Assembly: GCA_030704615.1 (NCBI GenBank)
Contig: CM060731.1
Coordinates: forward strand, 21,080,001-21,144,000
Origin: Takakia lepidozioides
Taxonomy: Eukaryota; Plantae; Bryophyta
Length of the DNA stretch: 64,000 nucleotides
Direction: 5' to 3'
Positions 34,507 to 46,733 of the stretch are shown piece by piece (the first letter of the stretch is position 1; each line of letters starts with the position of its first letter). The notes under the pieces were generated by a model. That model saw only the letters and a program-made list of their open reading frames with translations, searched no databases and was not told the origin of the DNA. The position numbers and the translations under genes were made by a program.

Positions 34507-35500
34507 TACTGTTGCCAGTCTGCTGCAAGGCTGCTTGGATGCTCTCCTGATATTGCGTGCTATTCAAAACTTCTCACTGGAGGATTGGTCCCTCTCTCAG
34601 CAACCCTTGCAACTTAGCTCGTCTTTGAAGCCTTCTGTGGTGTCTCAAAGGTCTACTTGCATCCACATGTTTTCCTTTTCAATTTTGTGTTTGATCATTA
34701 GGAGCAATGACCACATACACAGGGTATGGCTATCTGCTGTCAGTGGTATGAATAGTAAGACAGATATAGACTCGTGATCTGCTGGTCGGCCTAACTATTC
34801 TACTGTGAGCATCCTCTCTTGCTCCTGCGCATAAAGAGCTTCCTCACTAAACAATTCTGAGACGTTTTTGTTAAAAGCTAAAAGAAAGATTGATTCCCAG
34901 GCATTGTGCTCCATGCCTAAATCTCTCGAACCCTAGAGCTGATGATGCCGACTTCTTCCCATTCGTCTTTGCTGAAGCCGCTGAAATAGTGGCTCCACGA
35001 CTCCTTCTCTTCCCTCTTTCTATCAATTTTCCCTTGCACCTCCTCCCGGGCCAAAGTCAATGCTACCCTTTTCTTCACTTTGTTCCCCAAATCCACCCCT
35101 CTTTTCAAAAACCTTCTCAATGCCTTGTGGTCATCAACCATGCTAGACATCTGGTTCTTGAGTTCACAAATCACCTTCTCATGCTCTTCCCCTTGCTTCA
35201 TACATCTTTCCACCTTCTCGAGATCCACAATTCGGGTTTGAAACGCACCTCTCATCTCGTTAACCATCTCTCTACATGCAGCAGTGATCCCCGCCACTTC
35301 TGCCCTCAATTCGGCTAGGATCTCATCCTTCATCACAACCATGGCCTTAAGGTCGGTGACCTGATTCACCAAACCCTTCCCATCTTGCTGTAAGCCCATC
35401 GTGATGAGACCTTTACCTGGAGCAAGATCAGAATATGCAACACGCACTTCGGGATCTGTTTGACATACAAATCTGATGCCTTCGCCCCAGGGAGATTCAG
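34507..35500 (-). pseudogene. Coiled-coil gene copy 2 (second copy of the 1.1-kb repeat)
   Basis: ORF 34917-35447 paralogous to 1765-2864; lacks the LADGAY..IACMP segment. Confidence 0.6.
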
Positions 35501-35862
35501 CACAATACGGGTACTATGTAGTATGCAATAGCTTGGACTGCTCCGAGGGGTTCACATGGGACGAAGAGTGAAACCCTTGACGAACGACGAGGGGAGCCAC
35601 AGCGAAACGTGCAGGATCCGACGAGAACCTAGCAACGAAAAACTAGGTGTAGGACAGCCTCCCCAAGGGGGGATTGTTTTTTTGTAAGAGAGGGAGGAAG
35701 CCTTGCAAGTATTTTCTTAGAGAGAGCAGATTTGAAGAGCGAAGATCTCCAGGACAGGAGATTGTGAGTTGGTGGCAGTCTGTGCTTGCAGAGCGGGAGT
35801 AGTCAGTGCGTACATCGACATATAGGGTTTGCAATTGTTTTGAGGGAGGTGGAGGGACGAGG

Positions 35863-38800
35863 ATGTCAAAACGAAAATTTGGGTTTGAAGGATTTGGCAT
35901 CAACAAGCGATCGAGTTATGAGTTTGAGGCAGACCTGGCGAAGCCGCGGCTCTACCTCCCGTCTCCCCCGCGTAAAACCCGCCCTGATAATGTGGAGGAC
36001 CATGATCTTGACAATATTCGGTATGAAGAAGATGGTTGGGACTCCGATACGGGTGAAAGTGTAAAAAGAAAAGGGGCCAACGGGGATACGGCCTTGGATA
36101 GGGATACAGGACATGGGAAGTCAGGTGACGGAGAAGATGTCGGGATCCTCGGTGAGGAGTATCGAGGAAGGCCTGAGGCGGTCCAGGAGGATCCGGATGG
36201 CGATGATATTGATCCACTGGATGCATTCATGGAAGGCATTCACGAGGAGGTAAGCATCACTGATACACTACCTAGGATTTTGACGTAATATGTTCAGGCT
36301 GTCCACAAGTTACTACGATTCAAATCCCTCGTTCGAGTATCATTCTCTTCCGTCAAAGCCAGGGCTGGTTTGTATTTTCAGCACGCAGCATAAATCAGGG
36401 TTCATGATGTATTATGCCTATAGAAAATCCCCAATTCTCTATTTATTTGTGGCAGTGTCCAAGCAAGCATTTCGAAGGTTGTCTGGCTGTTGATGTATTG
36501 GTTGGGCATCGAACTCATCCACTCACCCTGCTTCTAGATGTTCACTTGTGACAATCTCAATGTAGGGGTTTCACAGTTGGTTTGATTCCTGTTTGTAGTT
36601 GTAGTATTGGATTTGTCGATATAGACCTGACCCTTACCCCATTCAATGTCATTGGATACAATGCCATAATAATCTCACGTTATTGGCAACTTTATCCTGC
36701 AGACACTTAATAAACAGTCTCACCAGCTGGTAATAATGACTTCCTAACTCAAGGATAGGAAGGTACCCTTTCTCCCGTCTGTACAGGATTACTTTGCCAA
36801 GTTGCCAAGTGGCCAGGGTTATCGCTTAAAAGACAAAACTAGTACTATCTGGACACACTTACATCTCCATACTAATGTTGTTGTTATTCTTATTTGCCAG
36901 TAGCTATGAACCATGGGTATGGTGGTGTTGCATATAGTTCATGCTGGGTATGTTTTTTGCAGAGTTGGGTGTTGTCTGGACTACTGATGGTTCTACTCTT
37001 TGGGGGAAAATGCTTGTGTAGGTGAAAAAAGCACCTGTGAAACCTAGGGCTATAGTTGAAGAGTTAGAAGATGAAGAAGATGATCCAATGGAGAGCTTTC
37101 TCAAGGCGCGGGCCAACGCCGGTCTCTCATTGGCCGCAGAAGCGTTGCATGCTGGTTATGACACTGATGAGGAAGTCTATGCAGCCGCCAAGGCAGTTGA
37201 TAATGGGGTGCTTGAGTATGATTCTGATGATAATGCTATTGTGACCCATGACTCTAAGAAGATAGAGCCCCTGCCACCATTGGATCACAGTGACATTGAT
37301 TATGGACGATTCAACAAGGATTTCTATGAGGAGAGTGTGTCAATATCAGGTATGGTAATGTTTCAAAGTCATTGTAGATGCTTTCTTTGTAAGTCAACAG
37401 GCTGTCCTCATCGCTTACCAGGGGCATCTGCAATCTCATTGCGCCCATTTTCTCTATGCTCAGTTTAAAGCTGAATTTCATTTTCGCAGCCAGTACCCCC
37501 TTGGCTGTTCAGTTGAATAATTTTCCTGTTCCTCATTCCCTTAAATTTGTAGTGGTCATTTTGGCAATTACACAGTAATCTAGGTGCTCTTTCCACCACT
37601 TTTGACACCCTCTAAAAGCAGGTCAAATGTTAAGTGAAAATCACCAGGTTTTTTTTTGGTTGCTGGCAAATCAAAGTAAAAGCTGACCCTGTGACTGAAT
37701 GGGTGTAGGCATGAGTGAGGACGAGGTCTCTGCTTACCGACAGTCACTGGCAATTAAACCTTCTGGATTTGATATCCTGAGGCCAGTCAAAAAGTTTGAA
37801 GATCTAGGTTTTGATGCTATGTTGATGGGGGCAATTTCGAAGCAAAATTATGAAAACCCGACACCTATTCAATGCCAGGCTTTACCTGTTGCCCTGTCTG
37901 GTAGGGATATGATAGGCATTGCAAAAACAGGGTCTGGAAAAACTGCAGCGTTTGTACTGCCAATGGTGGTTCATATCATGGACCAAGAAGAGCTTGGGAA
38001 GGGAGAGGGCCCGATAGCTGTGATTTGTGCCCCCACTCGTGAGCTTGCGCAGCAAATCCACTCAGAGACTAAGAAATTTGCTAAAGTCTATGGCATTCGA
38101 GTATCAGGGGTCTTTGGGGGCATGTCGAAGTTTGAGCAGTTCAAAGAGTTGAAGGCTGGCTGTGAAGTTGTGATTGCAACACCTGGGCGGTTAATTGACA
38201 TGATCAAGATGAAGGCCTTAACCATGGTCAGGACAACCTACCTTGTGCTTGATGAGGCTGACCGCATGTTTGACTTGGGGTTTGAACCCCAAATTAGGTC
38301 AATCGTAGGTCAGATACGACCTGACCGTCAGACGTTGCTGTTTTCTGCGACAATGCCTCGCCGGGTGGAGCGTCTGGCAAGAGAAATCTTGTCAGACCCA
38401 ATTAGGATAGCAGTTGGAGAGGTTGGGAAGGCAAATGAAGACATAACTCAGGTACGGCTGCTCTTGACATTGTCCTCATGAGAAATGTGATAGGTAATGA
38501 TATCTGGGTTGCCATTAGCCATGGGCCACTGAGCATTCCATTTCTGGCTATGTGACCTGCCCATATTGGCATCATCCAACTCAGTGCTCATTGGGATTTT
38601 TTTTTCCCATCCGTCAGGTCAGACATGCAAATGATAATTAGTCCATGAGGTGTATCACAGTCATATGCTGTCCAAGAGGTCGCTGGTCTTATCCATATGT
38701 CCCCTTTCATCAATCAGGGCACAATAGGGATGACATAAGGGAACAGGTTTGCAAGGTATAGATTGTGTCTCTCTTTTGGGTTTTGAGGGCACTGCCCTGG

Positions 38801-41800
38801 CTCGCTAAGATGACAACCCAAAATGTCATCTGACCCCTTGAAAATTGAGTTGTAGCATTGTAGTATAAGGTGTTTTGTACCGTATTCGTATTGTCACCTA
38901 TTTATTTATGTGGAATGGGCTGTTCAGGTTGTAACCGTGCTCCCTTCGGATGCGGAGAAAATGCCGTGGTTGCTAAGTCGGCTACAGTCCATGGTGGATG
39001 AGGGTGATGTCCTCGTGTTCGCTTCTACCAAACTGAAGGTGGAGGAGCTGGAGGGAAAGCTTGGGGAGTGTGGGTTTAAGGTTGCAGCTCTGCATGGAGA
39101 CAAGGACCAATCATTGAGAATGGAAGTCTTACAGAAATTTAAGTCAGGGGTATTCCACGTTCTAGTAGCCACAGACGTAGCGGCACGTGGCCTGGATATT
39201 AAGTCCATCAAAACAGTGGTGAATTTCGACATTGCTAAGGATATGGACAGCCATGTGCATCGCATTGGGAGAACAGGGCGTGCAGGTGACAAAGATGGGG
39301 TTGCCCACACGCTAGTGACAGGGAAGGAGGCCCGATTTGCCGGGGAGCTTGTCACCAGTCTCATTGCAGTGGGGCAGAATGCACCTACAGAGCTTATGGA
39401 CCTTGCCATGAAGGTTGTTCTCTCTCTCTCTCTTCCTCTCGTTTTACTTTCTGATTCATTGTACTGGGTACTCTCACCAGAGAGACACCCATTTCAAATC
39501 CATCAAGGGATTTGTTTCTATACCTCTGTTTACCAACTTTGAAAAACTCGAGGCTGAGCCAAAAGTCTAGGCCCTTTTGGGGCCTAGTTATTGGCCAAAT
39601 CACATCAGAGCAGATTGATGCTTGTGTAAAGGGATTTCTAGAGGATATCTGGAAAACTTGGATCAATTGTCTGTTCCAAGGTAAGTCAGCGTCAGCCCTT
39701 GCCAAAGGTAGTTTCTGTCCCTTTGTGTTCTGCTCAAACTGGGTGCGGGGTCACTGGCCACAATGCTACGGCAATTAACATCTTATGAGTACATTCTCTT
39801 GTTTATCTTGTTCGTGATACATTGTCCAGGGTATTCTCACCAGAGAGTGACCCTCTTCAAGACAAGGTTCCTGCAACTCTGTTCACCAACTTTCAATATC
39901 TCGAGGCTGAGCCTAAAGCCTGGTCCTGTTGGGGTCTAACTTTTGGGCTGCTCACTCCAGCAGATTGATCTTGTTTGAAGGGCTTCCATAGGATATCTGG
40001 AAAGCCCAAACTAATTGTTTGTATCAAGGTAAGTCACACTACTAGAGTGAGCCCCTCACAAAGGTAGTACCTATTCCCCATGTTTCTGTCCAAAGTGGGC
40101 GCGGGGTTGATGGCCACAAACAAAGTCCTATGAGTACATTTTTCTTTCTCTTGTTTCTCTTGTTTCCTGCATATCCCCAAGCATGTCATTTCTGTGGTAA
40201 ATGCAGGGAGATACTAACAGATTTGCTTTGAAAGCTATGGCAATGACACAAAGTAAGTTTCTGCTTAAGTTTTGGCGAAGGTTAATGTGTAGGTCTTTGG
40301 CTATGTGCTCATCAATATGTTGGGTACGATTCAGCTTATTGGCATATAATAGTTGCTTACAAGGAATGGGGTTGCATTCACTCATCTCTGCAGGATGGTC
40401 GTTTCCGGGCTCAAAGAGAAGGGCGGCGAGGAGGTGGCGGAGGTGGCGGAGGTAAGGCATTGTTGGTTCTAGTGTTATCCAAATAAATGCTGATATACAC
40501 TGCAGTTGGTAAAGCACAACTAGTAGTGGAGATGGGAGATATTGAGGAGAGAGGGATTTTTCACCTATTGGGGTTTTGTTGTCCTGCCCGTGGATTCCAT
40601 CAGAAGATCCTAAATGACAATCCAGATGCCAATTCTAGTTTGAGGTTATTTGTCAAGTAGATGAGACAGTGGAAAAGCAGAGGTTTTTCTGTTTATAGTA
40701 CCTTCAGATTATGACATTAAGCAGTGCTGTTAGGAGCTGGAGTAAGGAACTATAGGATAAGAGGGAGAGTATTGTGCATTAGACAAGAGAGTTAACAGGT
40801 TCTGAGAGTTTTTGTGTTGAGTTTGTGCAGGGAAAGGAAGAGGATGGGTCGGTGGTCGTGGCAGAGGAGGAAGTGCTGGCCGGAGTGTTCGGGGTGTAGA
40901 CTTTGGGTTGGGCATTGGATATAATCCTGATGCTCCAACACCTAAGTCCATTCCACCAGGGCCAGCTGTCAGGCCCCCAGTGAGAAGCGAAGATGGCTTG
41001 AATCGTGGGGCCGCTGTGGACTCGTTGAAGCATGGTATGATGGCACGTTTCAAAAGTAGTTTTGTGGCTGCATCACCAGGGGCATCAGCAGGCTCAGGAT
41101 CCTATACAGCATCAGCTGGCCAAAGCTCTGTCCTACAGGGGCGTGTATACGGTGCTGCGGTTGGGACTGGAGCTGGGGCTACATTTGGAAACTCTTCAAG
41201 TTATGCATTGGGCAGTTCTCAGACACGGGATGGGGGTGGGTTTTCTTCATATCCTTCAGGGTTTAGGCCAGGGGCCACAGTGGGGGGATCAGTAGTTGGG
41301 GGGGGTTCAGTAGTTGGAATGCCTCCTGGAGCCACATATGGAGCTAGCGCAAATAGCTTTGTTACAAGGGATGGCGAGAGCTTGGCAAGTGCGCCTGCAG
41401 CAGCTGCTAATGGAGGAAATGACAGAGAGGGGGACAAGGGTGGTGATTCGGGCAGAGGAAGGGAGCGCTTGCGATGGGATCACCCAGGAGGTGATAGAGA
41501 GACAGATCAAGAGCAAGATAACAGAGCAGATGGTGACTCCAGGGACAGTGGGAGGGAAGGGGATGGGAGCAGAGAGCTCGAGAAGGAACGCCAACCTGAA
41601 AGGTGCGTGTAACCAAAGCTTTCTTTGGGTTTTATAGTGGAGTGTAAAGTACGATCAAGATTGCACGAGGATCTAAAAACCACAACCTGGTCCTTCGAAC
41701 GCCTTCCAATATTACAGTGCTATTTGTGAGACTTCTATGGGTGCCATCATGAGCCTTTGTGACATTTAAATCTGTTCATGAAAGGGGCTGGGGGAAGTTG

Positions 41801-41895
41801 GGTGCAAGAGAGATTGAGCTGTCTCATAGTGTTTGGTGTGATTTTGCAGAGATACTTCTCGACCGAGGAGGCGGCTTTCAGGTTGGGATCGATAA
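35863..41895 (+). CDS. RH24: DEAD-box ATP-dependent RNA helicase 24 / DDX42-like
   Basis: Exons 35863-36249, 37022-37349, 37709-38451, 38928-39413, 40394-40451, 40831-41602, 41850-41895, all GT/AG. MSKRKFGFEGFGIN, DPLDAFM, AKTGSGKT, PTRELA, DEAD, SAT, HRIGRTGR, GVDFGLGIGY, C-terminal SGWDR. Confidence 0.95.
39465..40150 (+). mobile_element. Two tandem 5'-truncated LINE 3'-end copies in an RH24 intron
   Basis: ~330-bp units at 39465-39800 and 39828-40150, homologous to 52595-52940, each ending atgagtacatt followed by a CT-rich tail. Confidence 0.75.
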
Positions 41896-43214
41896 TAGGC
41901 ATTTAGTATCAGCCAAAGTCCCCAACAGCAGTTGGCTTTATTCATGTCAAGGTTTTGGTCACTTTCCAATCTCATTGTAGCATGCTATCCCTAACTAAGC
42001 GGGCCACGTTGGAACCTTGTATCCATGTTGTAGGTTTCTATGCAAGTTTCTTGGGTTGCAGTGTGTATATACACTGTAGTGAGGGTCCTGGCTGATCTCA
42101 TTAGCCTGTGGCTTCAATCGAGTGGTTTTCTCCTCCCAAGGCCTTAGAATCCTTGTGTGCTATGGTCACTCCTGAAAACTGGAGTTTTGAGGTTCTTTAT
42201 GTTCTATCACTTTTCCTTTTTGTCACCTGACAAAGAGTTGTTTGATATCATATTGGAAAACTGTAACTGTTTATCTGACCCTGTGGAAGCAGTCTGGGAA
42301 AATGCTCGGTCAAGGCTGAGAAATAGAGTTTAGGATGTGAACTTTTTTTTGGCAAGGTACCTCCTTATGCTGTTGGACTACATTGAGAAGATTGAGAAGA
42401 TTTAGAAGTTCTAAACCCCTAAACGTCTACAGCCTTCCTCAACAAAATATCTGAACCTCCTACCACATTTTCATTTATATCTAAGACTTTACTGAGATCT
42501 ACTAAAGTTAATCATGTTGGTAATAGAGTACATCCCATACCTTTAACTAAAATTTCATGACATTTGGCCTTAGGATGTGAAATCTTACATCATTTTTTTG
42601 AGCCTGAGAAGTTTCTGCAACCTTTGCAGAGTAGGAAGAATCTCACCAATCTTATTGAAACTCCTAAATGGTGGAGCCAATTGAGTTCAAATTTCACATG
42701 CCTCGTGAAGTTAGCCACCTTCTCCTAATTTTTTCGGAGTTCTTGGATTTATACATATTTAATCTTGAACATACCCTGTAGTACGTAGATGACTCCCCAC
42801 TTCGTAGCATTGAAAGCTCACGAGTTAAAGTTGTGAAGAACAGTAGCAATGAGTACGCAGGTCGTTCGGAGTGCGGGCCGAATTGACAGACTAACTTAGA
42901 TGGATTTCAATCGATAGAGAGCTGTCGTTGCCTCGCATCTGCTAACTCTCCACGAGGAAGGGGAGATTCAGCCTTTTTTTAAAACTTCCGTGAGGAGTTT
43001 TGGGTGCTCGAACAGATCAGACATGGAGATCTCTGATACCGGCCGCAAGATCTGTGTCGGTAAAATGTTCGGGATTGCGGGGGGATTTAGTAGTTGACTG
43101 CCTTTACTATTATGGAGCGATGACAATCGAATGATCCATCGTTTCTTCAGCTATGGGCATTTTAGTCTTTCACCAAAAATGGACAAAAAGTCCAAAACGG
43201 GCTTGGGAGCAACA

Positions 43215-43387
43215 GAGACACTATTAATCCTCAAACGCGGACCAGAGTTTGGGGGTGCCATTCCCTTTTCTGTCAAAACTCTAAAGTAAGCAACATCAAA
43301 AAGATCTAAACAAGGATAAAAGTTAGGGAGTAACTTTTAGCCTCGGGCTATATAAACCCCGCCAACCTCGCTCGCTTTGCGTGTCTC
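43215..43387 (+). promoter_or_regulatory. SAUR promoter: TATA box and AuxRE-like motifs
   Basis: TATATAAA 43349-43356; GAGACA 43215-43220; TGTCTC 43382-43387; TGTCGG 43055-43060. Short motifs, function unproven. Confidence 0.5.
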
Positions 43388-43486
43388 TCTCCTGTCTGTC
43401 TGATCACTGCCTCACTGTCGGACTCTCTCTCTTTGAGCTCTGAGTATTCTGCAGGCGTCTAGAGCTGATCTTCACTGCTCCACAAT

Positions 43487-44182
43487 ATGTTGGCAACACT
43501 CTCTTTTCCTTGCACGGACAGTACAGTACAATATTCGAGCTCCGATCGCACCCTGTTGATGTCGACATCCAAGAGCCAGAAGAAGCTGGTGTCTAAGACA
43601 CAGACAACAAACAAAGTGACCAGCTATGTGAAGCATCATTTACAGGCCATAGGCTTTGGAAAGCCTCAAAGTTTGGCCTCCTTCCAGTCCGAAGCATCTC
43701 TCGACACACAATCCGATCGCTCAAGTTTGCTGATTTCGACGTGTCTCCAGAGGTCGTCTAAGAGCAAGAGACGTTTACTGGGCATGGAACTTGGAAAGAC
43801 TAACGGTTTGGCTCCCGACCAGTCCCATAGATTGTCTTTGGAGTCTGGTACTGACCATATCAAATCTGTGACGAAATTTGTTTCACACCCACCGGGGGTG
43901 CCAAGGGGCTGCGTGGCGGTGTACGTGGGCACAGAGAGGCGTCGATTTGTGATCCCCATTATGCTCCTGAAGCATAAACTGTTTGGTGAGTTGCTTGCAA
44001 AGACGGAGGAGGAATATGGATACCAGAATGAGGGAGGTGTGCGCATCTCTTGCGACCCTGATCTCTTTGAGCAATTCTTGCATGGCAAATTGAAAAAGAC
44101 TACTCTACAAATTGGAGGCCATTCTGCTGATGCGGGCGTTGTTTGTGGCATGGAAGGAGGGTTCACAGCACTGGTATTATAA
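43487..44182 (+). CDS. SAUR-family auxin-responsive protein with long N-terminal extension
   Basis: VPRGCVAVYVGTERRRFVIP..LKH.LF.ELL...EEEYGY..EG.VRI.C; intronless. Confidence 0.9.
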   Translation: MLATLSFPCTDSTVQYSSSDRTLLMSTSKSQKKLVSKTQTTNKVTSYVKHHLQAIGFGKPQSLASFQSEASLDTQSDRSSLLISTCLQRSSKSKRRLLGMELGKTNGLAPDQSHRLSLESGTDHIKSVTKFVSHPPGVPRGCVAVYVGTERRRFVIPIMLLKHKLFGELLAKTEEEYGYQNEGGVRISCDPDLFEQFLHGKLKKTTLQIGGHSADAGVVCGMEGGFTALVL

Positions 44183-45801
44183 GCGGCCATGATGTGCTAG
44201 TGTTCACCTTGCAAGTGTGACCTGTACATTCTACTCACATTTAGGCCAACATGGGCCTCGGATGCCCCGGGAGGGCCACTTTAGAGATCTAGTGGCAACG
44301 TTCTGCCGGCTGGCAACGGTCAAGCTTTTATTCCGAAGCTGATAGGTTTAATTTACCATTTAGAAAGCTTGAACCATTGAGTTGGAGATTCATTTTTGAC
44401 ATTTATGCATATTTTTCACTTTCCCATGTACATTGGTGACATCATTTGGAAGAAATTCATGAGCCCAATTAAAGGCCATCAATTGGAAACTACCTTTTGA
44501 CCCCTAGCTAGGCATGGATTGTCAGTTGCAGGATGATATTGTCCATAACAAATCAATGGGATACTCTTAGTAGTGAGAGTAATTGGAATCCTTGAAAAGA
44601 GATCAGCATTCCTGCACCCACCTCCGACTGTAGTGCCCAAAGCCACTTCCAAGAAAAGCCATGTGAAGCTCAGAAATGAAGCACTAAATAGACATGTAAA
44701 ATTATTACAAGAGCTGAACAAAATTTGCTGACTGCAATACCCATGAATTGAACAAGGCATGCATACCTCAATCACCCAGACTGGGTGAGTTTGGGGTTCC
44801 ATGGGAGTACTATTTCAGTGAGCACAAAGGTAGCATGGTTGAGAGGGAGGGCAGATGTGACTATAGTTGTGTGTGAGTTCGCTTCACTTCACATGGGTTA
44901 TTTCTTCCAATCCTTGTGCATGTAATGCAAAGTCTGACTTTTGCAACACACTATTTACTTTCTTTGGGAAATCAATGATTTGACTGTTATCTTAATTTTC
45001 ATTATTTATACCCGGATTGATAACCGGTTGGTATATTACGATTGGAATACCCCTCCTATTGATACCCATCCACAAATCAAAAATCATACCAGTATCGGCC
45101 GATATTAAAATTTAGTGAATGTTCTAATACTATGCAATCAGTATTGAAAAATAACTTTTTTTCAATAACAGGACGCAGCAGGTTTAAAGAGAAGTAATAC
45201 CTGCCCAACACTGGTTATTTCTCTCATGGTACCCTGCAATGCAGGCAGCTTCACATCAAACAGCTTCACATCAAACCCCTCAAGTATGGCTGAAGGTGCC
45301 ACAAGCTTAATCGCGGTTGCACCATTTTCACATTAGTCATCCTGACTTTTTGCAACATGCCCGCAAAAACTATTAAGAGAAACTTTCACTTGTGTTGTAT
45401 TTTTCTGGGAGGCTGGATGAGAGGGACCCCAACAATTTTCGATCCAAAATCATCTCTAATGAGAGTGTGAGATCTTTACAAGCCCTTTTCGCGTCAAAGT
45501 GGGTACTCCATGGGGTCCAGAAGGCACATCTCTCTTGAGGAGGATGGGGAATTGGTTTAACACTGCAGGTGCATTGACAGTTTCCAATGTCCACCAGGAG
45601 GCATTTATTAGGGTCCAACTATAGTAGTAAGACTACTGAATGTTGTCCAATTGTTGTTGATAGAGGTCTTTCAGTAACTCTTTGCAACAAAAACTTGATG
45701 CAGTGCCAAAAGGTGAGGCATACAATCAGGGATGCCAACAGCTAGCAGTAGCCCTTTCTTATACTCTTTCCTTCATGCATTAGAATGCATGGTTTGACAC
45801 G

Positions 45802-46064
45802 GCTTCTGTAAGCTACTAAGGATATGGGAGTATGCTACAGAAATCAGTTACTAAGACTCAATAACAGCGCTGAAATAAACTTCCTGTTCCTTCACGATCT
45901 GCAATGAAATTTATCATTTTGAAGTTGGTTGTAGCCTTCTGTAAGCTAGTAGGATATGGGAGCATGCTACAGAAATCGGTTACTAAGACTCAAAAGCAGC
46001 CCTGAAATGAACTTACTGTTCCTTCAAGATCTTCAATAAAACTGATCATTTTCAAGTTAGTTGT
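45802..46064. repeat. ~131-bp tandem duplication
   Basis: cttctgtaagcta..ggatatgggag.atgctacagaaatc occurs twice. Confidence 0.9.
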
Positions 46065-46733
46065 TGAATGGTAAGGGAGACTTACTCACTCCTGCAACTA
46101 AACTAGATGGCCCCTTGCTCCACTGTAATTTTTGTGGAGAAGCTTTCGTCATTCAATTTGAAAACTCCTGGAATAGCATCCTGACTATTTTAGCGAAATA
46201 GAGCTAGTGGACGTTTAAGTTTCAAACCAGGTTGATCAAGCACAATCCATTTGTACTTGCAACTAAATTAGTCAACTGTGATTGAGGCAAGTTGTCCCTC
46301 TCCACCTGCAACAAATTGACAGAGTATCAGTGACATGCTACCTTAATCAAAACTTCAGCATTCCGGCAATTTTAGTCTTTGAATCCTATTTAACAGTCCC
46401 CTGGACATTCATATTTTGGAGAGTTCTCACCTTTTGGAGTGATGCTGGCTGCAAGAAATAGACCGCGAAGCAGACCACGCTCAGGACAGGTACCCCATCA
46501 TCCTCTTGCAGGCAACAGGCAATGCTTGGAGCAGCCATCAAGGAAGCTCAAACTACACTATGACAGCCCTCAATTTTCAGTATGCTCTGATTGCACAAAC
46601 TGTAGTCAAAGCTCTGCAACAAATTGATCTATCCGCTTCAGATTTCTCTGTTCTCCTCGGAACCAGCAACCAAGGGAGTAAAAGCCCCTTCCCTGGGCAT
46701 GATCACTGCTACATATGTGCGCAGTGTAGGACG

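Noticed and set aside
45360-46310. Decayed minus-strand exons
   Set aside because: Stops in the frames examined and no recognisable family; cannot be supported.
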